Shown: one piece after another, positions 8,646 to 17,570 of the stretch
Layout: each line of letters opens with the position of its first letter
Numbering within the stretch: position 1 is the first letter of the stretch
DNA from: an uncultured Acidobacteriota bacterium
Lineage (GTDB): Bacteria > Acidobacteriota > Thermoanaerobaculia > UBA5066
Direction: 5' to 3'
NCBI GenBank assembly: GCA_963779415.1
Contig: CAVZYA010000001.1
Span: 800,001 to 864,000 of the forward strand
DNA length: 64,000 bases
Notes under the pieces: generated by a model
What the model saw: the letters and a program-made list of their open reading frames with translations, nothing else
What the model was told of the DNA's origin: nothing
The model's database searches: none
Made by a program: the position numbers and the translations under genes

Positions 8646-9044
8646 CTACCAAGCGCCACTTGATCCTGATGCCTCGAACTCAACGACTTTCGTAAGGCGA
8701 AGGGTAACGCCCATCAGTTGGATGTTTCGAGCGCCGGGCGCCACGCGGAAGAGGCTACCGTGCGCTCCGGCAAGTTCACGATAGTAGCGTTCGACCTCCA
8801 AGCTGAACGCCTGATGATTGAACGGGCCGGGATAGGAGGCGAGGTCGGGAGGGCCAACCTCAAGCGGGTTGTCGGACTCGAACTTGGCGCCGACGATCTG
8901 TTTCACGTCGCAGTGAAGCCCCGTCAATTCGCGACCGTTCACTTCGAGAGTGAAGAACACGCGCGACACCATGTGCTCATCGTCGCTGGCGAATTCCTGT
9001 GAGTTCACTTCGCACTTCAAGAATGTGATGCGAATGGTGGGCAT
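8646..9044 (-). CDS. Hypothetical protein (cassette-like)
   Basis: 132-aa globular-looking ORF, GAGGAG RBS; its stop abuts the truncated attC-like site. Confidence 0.65.
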   Translation of the reverse strand: MPTIRITFLKCEVNSQEFASDDEHMVSRVFFTLEVNGRELTGLHCDVKQIVGAKFESDNPLEVGPPDLASYPGPFNHQAFSLEVERYYRELAGAHGSLFRVAPGARNIQLMGVTLRLTKVVEFEASGSSGAW

Positions 9045-9220
9045 CGCGCGCTCCTCTTCGGACGCCCCAGAGTACTGCGCCGAAGGCCGGGAGCGAAGCG
9101 CGCCGCTCTACTCGAAGGATGTCACGCGCGGCAGCTGGTCCGCGTCGTCGGCGAGTTCGCAGCGAGACGCGCAGCACGAACGCTCGACCCGTAAACCGTT
9201 GAGCGTGCAGTCCGTCGAGG

Positions 9221-9263
9221 GCTTGGGAAGCTGACGTTCTGCCGCTGAACTACACCCGCTCGA
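9221..9263 (-). repeat. 5' half of tRNA-Gly (nt -4 to 39), att-like copy left behind the native promoter
   Basis: 43 bp identical to 4850-4892, ending 2 nt past the anticodon loop. Confidence 0.92.
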
Positions 9264-9275
9264 GGGCGGAGGGCT

Positions 9276-9304
9276 GTTTTACCCGCGCCCGGGGGGCGCG
9301 TCAA
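9276..9304 (-). promoter_or_regulatory. sigma70-type promoter of the original tRNA-Gly gene
   Basis: TTGACG-17 bp-TAAAAC on minus strand, 16 nt upstream of the tRNA 5' fragment. Confidence 0.7.
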
Positions 9305-9891
9305 GGCTCGGGAGGCCCCGGAGCCTCTTCCCCGTGCCGCGCGATGCCGCGGGAGGACCGGAGGACGTAGTGGAGCCCCGATCCGACGGCGAGGGCGGCG
9401 ACGATCCCGAAGAAGGCCCGCGCGACCTGGGCCGGGAGCACTTCGACGTTCGCTAGGAGGATCGCGACGATCAGGCAGATCTCGGAAAAGGTCGTCAGCT
9501 TCCCGAGGACGGACGGCGGGAACTCCCGCGTACCGAGCGCGAGGTACATCACGAGCGAGACGACGAGGATCAGGACGTCCCGGAAAATCGTCAGGACGAG
9601 GAGCCAGATCGGGACGTGGACGACGGTCGGCGTCGCTCGAAGCGAGAAGACGACGAAGCTGGAGACGAGGAAGAGCTTGTCGGCGATCGGGTCGAGGTAG
9701 GCCCCGAGCGGCGAGCCCATGCCGAAATGCCGGGCGAGGTAGCCGTCCACGATGTCCGTGATCGCGGCGACGAGGAAGATGACGAGCGCCAGAGAGTGCC
9801 GCCCGTCGAGGATCGTCATGACGAGGAACGGGAGGGCGACGAGGCGGAGGAAGGTGAGGAGGTTCGGCAGGGTCCACGGGCGGAGCTCCAT
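9301..9891 (-). CDS. CDP-alcohol phosphatidyltransferase (PgsA/cardiolipin synthase-like)
   Basis: TLPNLLTFLR, DIVDGYLAR...GAYLDPIADK signature. Confidence 0.9.
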   Translation of the reverse strand: MELRPWTLPNLLTFLRLVALPFLVMTILDGRHSLALVIFLVAAITDIVDGYLARHFGMGSPLGAYLDPIADKLFLVSSFVVFSLRATPTVVHVPIWLLVLTIFRDVLILVVSLVMYLALGTREFPPSVLGKLTTFSEICLIVAILLANVEVLPAQVARAFFGIVAALAVGSGLHYVLRSSRGIARHGEEAPGPPEP

Positions 9892-9903
9892 GCCGCCGCC
9901 CCG

Positions 9904-10603
9904 TCAGCGTCCCGGACCGGGTGCGGGGGGCGGAGTCCGGATCGCCCTCCTCGATCCGGACGTAGACGACGCGTCCCTTCGGGACGATCAACTGCTCCGC
10001 CGCCATCTGGGACATGGTCCGTGAGACGGTCTCGCGGCTCGACCCGATCGTATCGGCGATCTCCCGCTGCGCGGGGCGGACGACGACGGCCCACCCTCCA
10101 CCGGCCTTCCGCCCCCGCGCGGCCGCCAGCTCGCGGAAGTAGCGCGCGAGACGGCTCTTCACGTCGAGAGAGGCGAGCCCTTCGATCGTCGCGTTCGCCC
10201 GGCGCAGGCGGCGCGAGAACGTGCGGAGGAGCGCGCACGTGAGAAGGAAGTTCGACCGGAGAAGCTCGAAGAAGACCTCCCGCGAGAGAACGACCAGCTC
10301 GGACCGCTCCTGCGCGACGACCGTCGCCGATCGCGGCTCCTCGTCGACGAGCGCCATTTCGCCGAAATGGTCCCCTTCGCCGAGAGAGCCGACGACGACC
10401 TCGCGCCCGTCCGGCGAGAGGATCGTGACGGCCACGCGTCCGCGGACGATGACGAAGAAGCTCTCCCCCGGCTGCCCCTGCCGGACGATCACCTCGCCCC
10501 GGCGATAGACCCGCATCTGCGCGACCTTCTGGAGCGTCGCACGCTCGGCGGTCGAGAGCCCTTCGAAGAGCGGCACCCTCTGGAAGAGGTCCGTCCCCGT
10601 CAT
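9904..10603 (-). CDS. Crp/Fnr family transcriptional regulator (apparent extra base in homopolymer at 9925-9930 removes the stop)
   Basis: cNMP-binding FGEMAL...PRSATV, HTH QREIADTIGSSRETVSR; removing one G restores TGA at 9904-9906. Confidence 0.85.
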
Positions 10604-11904
10604 CGCGCGCCACCTCCCTGTCCCGCCCGGGCCGACGCCATGAGGCCCCGGACGGCCTCGCGACCGCTGAGCGTTCGCGCCGTCGTGGCCGGAAGTATCC
10701 CGCACTTTTCCAGCGAGGCGGCGGAAGGGCGTTCGTCGGCGAGACATTCCGGAAGGGGCGAGCCGCCGCTCGAAAGAAGGGCGACCCGCCGAAAGATCCC
10801 GGCCGCTTCCGTCCGCGAGACCGGCTGGTCGGCCCCGACCCGGTGGGTCTCGCGGGAGACGGAGAAGAAATGGAGGGCGATCGCCCGGACGAGCGCCTGG
10901 CTCTCGGCACGGTCCACGGCGTCCACGGCCACCTCGGGGGCCGCCGGGTCGTGCGCGTCGCGCACCTCCGGGACGAGCCACCAGGCGAGAACCGCCATCT
11001 GCGCGCGGGTCAACCGCGGGGAAAGCGCGGCGCGGCGGGCAGCCTCGGGGAGGTTCTGTACCTGGAACTGGAAGCGCGCCTCCTCGAGGGAAGCCTCCGT
11101 CTCCGGGTGACGCTTCGCGAGATCGCCGTAAAGCGCCACGGCCTCGGCATATCGGGCGCTCTTCATGGCGAGCCCCGCGGTCACCTCGGTCCACGAGTCG
11201 TCGGCCGGACCGAGCGCGTGCGCCTTCGCGGCGGCCGTGTACGCGTCCTCGAGGCGTCCCTCGTCCTCGGCCGACCGCGCGAGAAAGCGGTAACCCGCCG
11301 GAGAGGAGGGGTCGATCTCGACGAGGGCGAGGGCGGCGCGGCGCGCCGCCGGAAGGTCCTTCTTCGCGAGAGCGGCCTCCGCGTCGTCCGAGGTCTTCGC
11401 GACCAGCGACGTCCGGACCGCCGCGAGGCGGTCGCCGACGCGTGGATCCTCCGGAAGAGCGATCACGAGCTTTCGATAACCTTCGAGAGCCTCCCGGTCC
11501 TTCCCTTCCGCCGCGTCGAGGTCGGCGAGCGCCTCCGCCGCCGGCACCCACCCGGGGTTCTCCTTCACGAGCGCCGTCAGGCTCTCCCGGGCCGCGCTGA
11601 AGCGGGAGGTCAGAAGGTCCGCATAGGCGAGGCCGAGTCGGAACGGAGCGGGCGTGGCGCTTTTCGCAGCCGCCAGGGAGAAGGTCTTCCGGGCTTTCAC
11701 GATCTTTCCCGCCCGAAGCTCTTCCATGCCGCTTCGGAGGTCCCGGGCGTCCGAAGCCGAGAGCGTCCCGGGCGGAAGCGAGAACGCCGGATCGCGGATA
11801 CCGAACGGAGCGTCGGGCGCGGGCACTTCGGGCACGGGCGCGGAGGCGCACCCGGTCACGAGAAGGCCGAGCGCGATCGCCGCGGCCGCGGGCCGGATCT
11901 TCAA
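10600..11904 (-). CDS. TPR-repeat lipoprotein with SLH-like C-terminus
   Basis: TTG overlapping hfq stop; lipobox LVTGC; helical repeats; LTRAQMAV and VSRTEAA SLH-like motifs. Confidence 0.7.
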   Translation of the reverse strand: MKIRPAAAAIALGLLVTGCASAPVPEVPAPDAPFGIRDPAFSLPPGTLSASDARDLRSGMEELRAGKIVKARKTFSLAAAKSATPAPFRLGLAYADLLTSRFSAARESLTALVKENPGWVPAAEALADLDAAEGKDREALEGYRKLVIALPEDPRVGDRLAAVRTSLVAKTSDDAEAALAKKDLPAARRAALALVEIDPSSPAGYRFLARSAEDEGRLEDAYTAAAKAHALGPADDSWTEVTAGLAMKSARYAEAVALYGDLAKRHPETEASLEEARFQFQVQNLPEAARRAALSPRLTRAQMAVLAWWLVPEVRDAHDPAAPEVAVDAVDRAESQALVRAIALHFFSVSRETHRVGADQPVSRTEAAGIFRRVALLSSGGSPLPECLADERPSAASLEKCGILPATTARTLSGREAVRGLMASARAGQGGGAR

Positions 11905-12158
11905 GCCGCCGGCGGGCGGGGAACGGCGTTCGTCGTCGGGAGCGTCCCCGCACCCACGATCGCGACGGAGGCGATGGCGTGCTTGTAGATCATCTCCTCG
12001 CGGCCGTCGACCTCGAGGACGATCGCGAAGCGGTCGAAGCGCCGGATCCGGCCGACGCGCACCTTCTCGGAGAGGAGCGTCACCTCGACCGGCGTGTTGT
12101 CCTTCCGGAGCTGGTAGAAGAAACCGTCCTGCACGTTGATGGGGGGCTTCACGTTCAT
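11901..12158 (-). CDS. hfq: RNA chaperone Hfq
   Basis: NVQDGFF..LRK, FDRF, MIYKHAIAS; directly downstream of miaA with ATGA overlap. Confidence 0.93.
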   Translation of the reverse strand: MNVKPPINVQDGFFYQLRKDNTPVEVTLLSEKVRVGRIRRFDRFAIVLEVDGREEMIYKHAIASVAIVGAGTLPTTNAVPRPPAA

Positions 12159-13108
12159 CCGGGACTCCCTTCGAAAAAAGAGGGAAAGAGAGGTCGCGCG
12201 AGCGCGACGACGAGATCGGAAAGATCCGCCCGGTCTGCCCGGAGCGGCACGAGGTTCTTTTCGCGGCGAAACCAGGTCTCCTGGCGCTTCGCGTACCGGC
12301 GGGTCTCGCGGAGGATCCTCTCCTCCCACTCGGCCCGTTCGATCCGCCCGGCAAGGAGATCCGCCGTCTCGCGGTAGCCGATGGCGGCGAACGCGGGGGC
12401 GTCGGCGGGAACTCCCCCCTCGAGCAACCGGCGGACTTCAGCGGGGAGTTCGGGCGCCATCGATTCGCGGAATCTCCGATCGATTCTTCCATACAGGACC
12501 GGACGGGGCAACGTGAGGAGAACGCGGACGGCGGGCTCCTCCCACCGCTCGCCGGGGCGCTCGGCGAAGAGGGCCGTGGGACGGTGCCCGGTCGCGAGCG
12601 CGATCTCGAGAAGACGGATGGAGCGTGCGGCGTCGTTCGGAAGGACGCGTCCGGCCGCGTCGGCGTCGAGGACCGAGAGCATCTTCCGGAGGAAGGGAGC
12701 GCCTCTCCGGGCCGCGACCGCCGCGAGCGCGGCACGAACGAGGGGCTCCCGGCGTGGTCCGACGAAGAGCCCCTCGAAGAAGGTACGGACGTAGAAGCCG
12801 GTCCCGCCGCAGAGGACGGGGAGGCGCCCGCGCCCGAGGATCTCGCGGGCGATGCGGCGCGCCTCGAAGGCGAAGGCTCCGGCGTTCCACGGCTCTCCCG
12901 GGTCCCGGACGTCGACGAGGTGGTGCACGACCCGCCCCCGTTCGGCCGGCGTCGGCTTGGCGGTCCCGACGTCGAGGCCGCGATAGACCGCGAAGGCGTC
13001 GGCCGAGATCACCTCTCCCCCGAGCCTCTCCGCCACCGCGACGGCGAGGGAGGACTTCCCGGTCGCCGTGGCGCCCAGGATCGCGAGGACGCCGCGGGGA
13101 CCCGTCAC
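12155..13108 (-). CDS. miaA: tRNA dimethylallyltransferase
   Basis: GATATGKS, DVGTAKP, GGTGFY, AIGYRE, TRRYAKRQ.TWF. Confidence 0.95.
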   Translation of the reverse strand: MTGPRGVLAILGATATGKSSLAVAVAERLGGEVISADAFAVYRGLDVGTAKPTPAERGRVVHHLVDVRDPGEPWNAGAFAFEARRIAREILGRGRLPVLCGGTGFYVRTFFEGLFVGPRREPLVRAALAAVAARRGAPFLRKMLSVLDADAAGRVLPNDAARSIRLLEIALATGHRPTALFAERPGERWEEPAVRVLLTLPRPVLYGRIDRRFRESMAPELPAEVRRLLEGGVPADAPAFAAIGYRETADLLAGRIERAEWEERILRETRRYAKRQETWFRREKNLVPLRADRADLSDLVVALARPLFPSFFEGSPG

Positions 13109-15504
13109 CTCCTCCCTCCGGGCACGCTCTCCGGAAAGAGCGGGAGGATCCGTCCCCCCCGGACGAGGAGCGCCACGTCTCCGTCGTGGTCCGTCCGGAA
13201 CGTCTTCACGCGCGCTTCGGAGAGACGCGCGAGGACGGCCGGAGACGGATGGCCGAACCGGTTGTGCCGGCCGACGCCGATGAGGGCGACGCGCGGCGCC
13301 ACGGCCGCGAGCAGCTCCGGGATCGTCGAGGTCGCGCTGCCGTGGTGGGCCACCTTCAGGATGTCGGCGCGAAGGGAGGCTGGCCGGTCCAGGAGGTCAC
13401 GCTCCGCAGGGGCCTCCACGTCGCCCATGAGAAGGATCGTCCGCCCCTCGACCTGGGTCCGGAGGACGAGCGAGCTGTTGTTCTCCGGAGAGCGGAGATA
13501 CGGATGCCCGGACGGATGGAGAACGTCGAAGTCGAATCCTCCTGCCGGGAAGCGGTCCCCGGCCGCGAGGCGCCGGAGCGGGAGGCGCCGGCGCTCGGCC
13601 GCCTCCAGAAACTCGTCGAGAAACTCGTTCCGGGGCGCCGTGGCCGGGAGGAAAACCTCGCCGACCGGAAGGAGCGCGAGGACGGCGAGTAGGCCGCGCG
13701 AATGGTCCGGATGAGGATGCGTCAGGACGACCGCGTCGAGGGAGACGACCCCGCGGTCCGCGAGCTTCGGGAGGAGGCGGAGCCTCCCCATCTCGTAGTC
13801 GCGATCGCGGCTGCCGCCGCCGTCGACGAGGACCCGTCCTTGCGGGGAGACGAGAAGCCACGCGTCTCCCTGCCCCACGTCGAGCGCCTGGAGGCGCGCC
13901 GTCCCCGGTTCGGCAGGCGGCGCACGGCGGACGAGGAGGAATCCCATCACGGCGGCCGCGAGAGCGACCGAGCCCCGGCGCGCCGCGGCGAGGCGCGCCG
14001 TTCCCGCAACGAGGAGGAGGAGCGCCACGAAAACCGACAGAAGGTACGGCGGGGTCGAAATGAAGCGGACCGCCCCGAGCCCGTCGAGGACCGAGAGAAC
14101 CCCCACCATCGCGTCCGAAAGGAGCCGGAGCGGCCCGACCGCGGCCGCCGCGGCGAGCGGCGAGACGAGAAGGAGAGGCGACAGCAGGATCGCCAGATAG
14201 AGGAAGAGGACCGAGAGCGGCACGACGATCGGGTTCGAGAGGAGTCCCACGAACGGAACGACGTTGAAGACGAAGGCCTGGATCGGGAAGACCGCCAGCT
14301 CCGCGCCGACCGTCGCCGCGGCCGCGTCGACGGCGATCGCCGGGCGAAGCCCCTTTTCCCGCAGCCACCTCGCGATCGGTGCGCCGAACGCCGAGAGGCC
14401 GAAGACGGCGGCGAACGTCAGGAGGAAGCCGACGTCGAAGAGGTCCTCCGGTTCGGCCAGAAGGAGGACCAGCGCCGAAAACCCGACGACCTGTCCGGGC
14501 GACGTCGGCCGCCCGATCAGGCGCGAGCCGAGGTAGAGCGCGATCATCAGCGCCGCGCGAAAAACGGGAGGCCGCCCCCCCGCGAAGACGGCGAAGAGAA
14601 GCGTCGCGGCGAGCGTCGCCGAGTCGCGCGCCCGGACGGAGAGGTGCAAGGTCGACAGGAGGAAGCCCAGCCCCGCGGCGACGAGAGCCACCTGGAGGCC
14701 GGAGATGGCGACGATGTGGGCGACGCCGCCGTCCCGGAACGCCGCGACGGTCTCGGCCGGAAGATCGGCCGTCTCTCCCATCGCGAATGCGAGGACGAAG
14801 GCCACGGCCCGGCGGTCCTCCGCGGACGCGTCGGCCAGATTCCGCTTGAGGCGCCGCTTCACCGCCGCGTGGAGGCTCTGGAGAAAGCCGAGGGGACCGG
14901 CCGGACCTGCGATTCGGTCGATCTGACCGGCGCTCTTGAGAACGAGGCGAGGCTGAGCCGGGAAGCGGAAGGGAGAGCGCGCGGAGGGAGGATCCTCCGG
15001 CAGCCGGACCGGACCGCGCACGCGGATCCGGTCCCCGATCTCCGCCACGTCCGAGGGGTCCGCTCCCCCGGCGACGACGAGCGCAACCGGCGCCTCGAAG
15101 GCGACCGGAAGGCCGCCCGACGTCGCCGACTCCACGTCGAGGCGCGCCCGAAAGAGCGAGCCGCTTCGGCTCCAGAGCCGGTCGATCCGCCCCGTCACCT
15201 CTACGACCGCGTTCTCACCGAGCGCGCGCGCTGCCTCTTCCGTCCTCTCGGCCGGGAGAAGAAAGCTCGCCCGGAACCGGACCCCGCCTGCGACGGCGAA
15301 GACGAGCACGGCGCCGACGATCCCGAGCCGCCGGTCGCCCCGGAGGGAGACCGCCGCCGCCGCGAGGCCGAGGGTCGCGAGGAGCCCCGCGACCGTGGCC
15401 GAGGGGGGCACCGGGAGGAGAGCCGAGAGGGCGATCCCGGAGGCCGCAGCGAACGCGGCGGGAACCGCCGGGGCGCCGGCGTCCGCGGACCACGATCTCA
15501 TCAT
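13105..15504 (-). CDS. comEC: DNA internalization competence protein ComEC/Rec2
   Basis: HIVAISGLQ competence domain, many TM helices, MBL domain DVGQGD, THPHPDH, KVAHHGS, NRFGHP. Confidence 0.93.
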   Translation of the reverse strand: MMRSWSADAGAPAVPAAFAAASGIALSALLPVPPSATVAGLLATLGLAAAAVSLRGDRRLGIVGAVLVFAVAGGVRFRASFLLPAERTEEAARALGENAVVEVTGRIDRLWSRSGSLFRARLDVESATSGGLPVAFEAPVALVVAGGADPSDVAEIGDRIRVRGPVRLPEDPPSARSPFRFPAQPRLVLKSAGQIDRIAGPAGPLGFLQSLHAAVKRRLKRNLADASAEDRRAVAFVLAFAMGETADLPAETVAAFRDGGVAHIVAISGLQVALVAAGLGFLLSTLHLSVRARDSATLAATLLFAVFAGGRPPVFRAALMIALYLGSRLIGRPTSPGQVVGFSALVLLLAEPEDLFDVGFLLTFAAVFGLSAFGAPIARWLREKGLRPAIAVDAAAATVGAELAVFPIQAFVFNVVPFVGLLSNPIVVPLSVLFLYLAILLSPLLLVSPLAAAAAVGPLRLLSDAMVGVLSVLDGLGAVRFISTPPYLLSVFVALLLLVAGTARLAAARRGSVALAAAVMGFLLVRRAPPAEPGTARLQALDVGQGDAWLLVSPQGRVLVDGGGSRDRDYEMGRLRLLPKLADRGVVSLDAVVLTHPHPDHSRGLLAVLALLPVGEVFLPATAPRNEFLDEFLEAAERRRLPLRRLAAGDRFPAGGFDFDVLHPSGHPYLRSPENNSSLVLRTQVEGRTILLMGDVEAPAERDLLDRPASLRADILKVAHHGSATSTIPELLAAVAPRVALIGVGRHNRFGHPSPAVLARLSEARVKTFRTDHDGDVALLVRGGRILPLFPESVPGGRR

Positions 15505-15516
15505 GCGGCCGGTACT

Positions 15517-16877
15517 CTACGTTCGGCGCGAGAGGAGCGCGACCGTTTCGACGTGGTGCGTCCCCGGAAAGAGGTCGAGAAGGGTCATCCGCTCGATCGA
15601 GTACGTCTCGTGAAGCGCCCCGAGATCCCGGGCAAGGGTCGGCGGGTCACACGAAACCATCAGAAGAGCCTTCGGCTGAAGGCTGAGCATTCCGCGCCGA
15701 ACGGCCGGCGAAAGTCCGGCTCGTGGCGGGTCCGCGACGACGACGTCGAAGGAACCGACGGACTTCGGGAGGTTCTTCGAGCCAAGGAAGGCTTCCGCGG
15801 TCGACCGGACGGACCGGGCGCCCCGGAACCCTTCCTTCTCCCATCTTCGAAGATTCTCCGAAAGGTCCCGGGACGAGGAAACGTCCACTTCCACCGCCGT
15901 GACGCTCCCCTCCGCGCGGGGCGCGATCTCGAGGAGCGTCCGCGTCAGGAAGCCCGCGCCCGCGTAGAGATCGAGAGCACGGAAGGGGCCGTGGGCGCCT
16001 TCCTCGCGTCGGAGAGCCATGTCGAGCGCCGCGCGGATCTCCTCGAGAAAGGAATCGAGAAGAAACCGGTTTCCCTGGAAGAACGACGAGACCGAGACAC
16101 GGAATGGGACCTCCCCGGCGACGATGTCGAGCGACGACGGCCCGTCTTCCAGGAGGACCCTTCCCCTCGCCGAGAGGACTCTCAACCCTTCGAAGCATCC
16201 TCTCCCTCTCCCGTCTTCGAGCTTCGGCCGCGGCCCCGCCGCGAGCCGAAGCTCGCCAAGAGCGTCGTCCCGTCGCGGTCCTCCAGTGTCGAGAGCTCGC
16301 CCTCCGCCGGACCGAGGGCGCGGAGCGTCTCCCGGACCGAAGGGAGACGCTCGAGGAAGGGCTTCGACAGAATCTCGCAGGCGGAGAGGTCCGGCACGAT
16401 CCGGTTCGACCGGGGCGCGTAGAACCCGAGCCGCCCGTCGGCATCGAGGTGCAGCCGGTTCCGAAGCCGGTAGTTGGGCGGCGAGGGGACGAAGCGAAGG
16501 GGAGGGAGCTCCGCGATCCCGATCCGGCCGACGCGGTGAAGAGCGTCGAGAACGAGGCCGGTCTTGAGCGCGGAAGCGGAATCCCGCCGTGCCGCCGGCC
16601 AGTCGCATCCGCCGCACGAGCCGTCTGCCGCCCGCGGGCAGATCTCGTCTTCCTCCCGGCGGTGCGGACCCGCGGAGAGGATCTCCACCGCTCGTCCCCT
16701 GAGAAGCCGCTCCCCTTCCGGAGCCAGCTCCGCCACGACGCGATCCCCCGGGAGCGCGCCCGAGACGAGCGCCACGACGCCGCCGACGCGTCCGAGCCCG
16801 TCGCCCCCCGGCACGACACGCTCGATTGCGATCTCGTGGCGTGCCGCGCCCGAACCGCTCATCGCGCCTTCAGCCAC
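15517..16877 (-). CDS. TRAM-domain RNA m5U methyltransferase (RlmD/TrmA family), frameshift near 16259
   Basis: N-part GGDGLG..GALPGD, CGGC, YRLRNRL; C-part SFFQGN, DLYAGAG, DPPRAG, SCDPPTLARD, DLFPGTHHVE in a second frame. Confidence 0.85.
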
Positions 16878-17566
16878 TAAAAGAGCGTGAGGGCCGGAAG
16901 GCCGAGCCGCCGCCTCACCTCCCGGCGCGTCAGGGCCCTCCGCATCCGCTCCACGACCTCCGTCGAGATTCCCGCCGTCTCTCCGAGAGACTCGGCCACT
17001 CCCGCCTCGACGGCGGCCAACGCCTCCGGCGAGAGCGCCTTTCGGAAGGCTCTGACCATCGTGGCTTCGATGGCCGACAGCTTCTCCTCGATCTCGTCGA
17101 AGCCTCCGTCCGGGGAGAGCGCTTCGACCTTCGAGACGGCTCTTCCAATCCCCTTTCGCAGGATCTCCCGGTCGATCCCCTCCGGCTCCACGCTATCGGC
17201 CGACCGAAGGGCGTCGACAAGAGCCTGCAGGCGTGGGGCGATCTCCGCGGGCTTCTCGTCGCGCCGTCCCTCGCCCTGTCCGACGAGGCCCCGCTGCTCC
17301 ATCTGCCACCGTTCCTCGACGGCGCCGGCGCAATAGGCGACCGAGCTGATCTTGCCCGCGATTCCGCGCTCGCGCCGCCGCTCGAAGGTCTCCCGGATGG
17401 CGCGGACCACCGTGTCCGCCGGGACACCGCTCTCGTGCCATCCCCGGATCAGCTGCCAGTCCTTCGCCGAGAGGAGGAACGGCGTTCCGCGCTCGGCGAT
17501 GAACGCTTCCTCGATCCTCATGGCGTACGCCGCCTCGTCGAGCGGCTCTTCCGCGCCTTCGCCCAT
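16877..17566 (-). CDS. Hypothetical helical protein
   Basis: 229 aa, tightly packed between birA and the methyltransferase; IEEAFIAERG.PFLLS..DW motif. Confidence 0.7.
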   Translation of the reverse strand: MGEGAEEPLDEAAYAMRIEEAFIAERGTPFLLSAKDWQLIRGWHESGVPADTVVRAIRETFERRRERGIAGKISSVAYCAGAVEERWQMEQRGLVGQGEGRRDEKPAEIAPRLQALVDALRSADSVEPEGIDREILRKGIGRAVSKVEALSPDGGFDEIEEKLSAIEATMVRAFRKALSPEALAAVEAGVAESLGETAGISTEVVERMRRALTRREVRRRLGLPALTLF

Positions 17567-17570
17567 CGGA

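Larger units (their letters stand above)
4850..9263. mobile_element. Decayed integrative island bounded by 43-bp direct repeats of the tRNA-Gly 5' half
   Basis: 4850-4892 identical to 9221-9263; integrase remnant at one end; visibly lower-GC cargo; contains attC-like sites and an IS. Confidence 0.85.

Noticed and set aside
9122-11953. 943-aa ORF appearing to be a giant Crp fusion
   Set aside because: Only 10603-9904 is Crp-like; the rest overlaps real genes in other frames, and the read-through is explained by one extra G in a homopolymer
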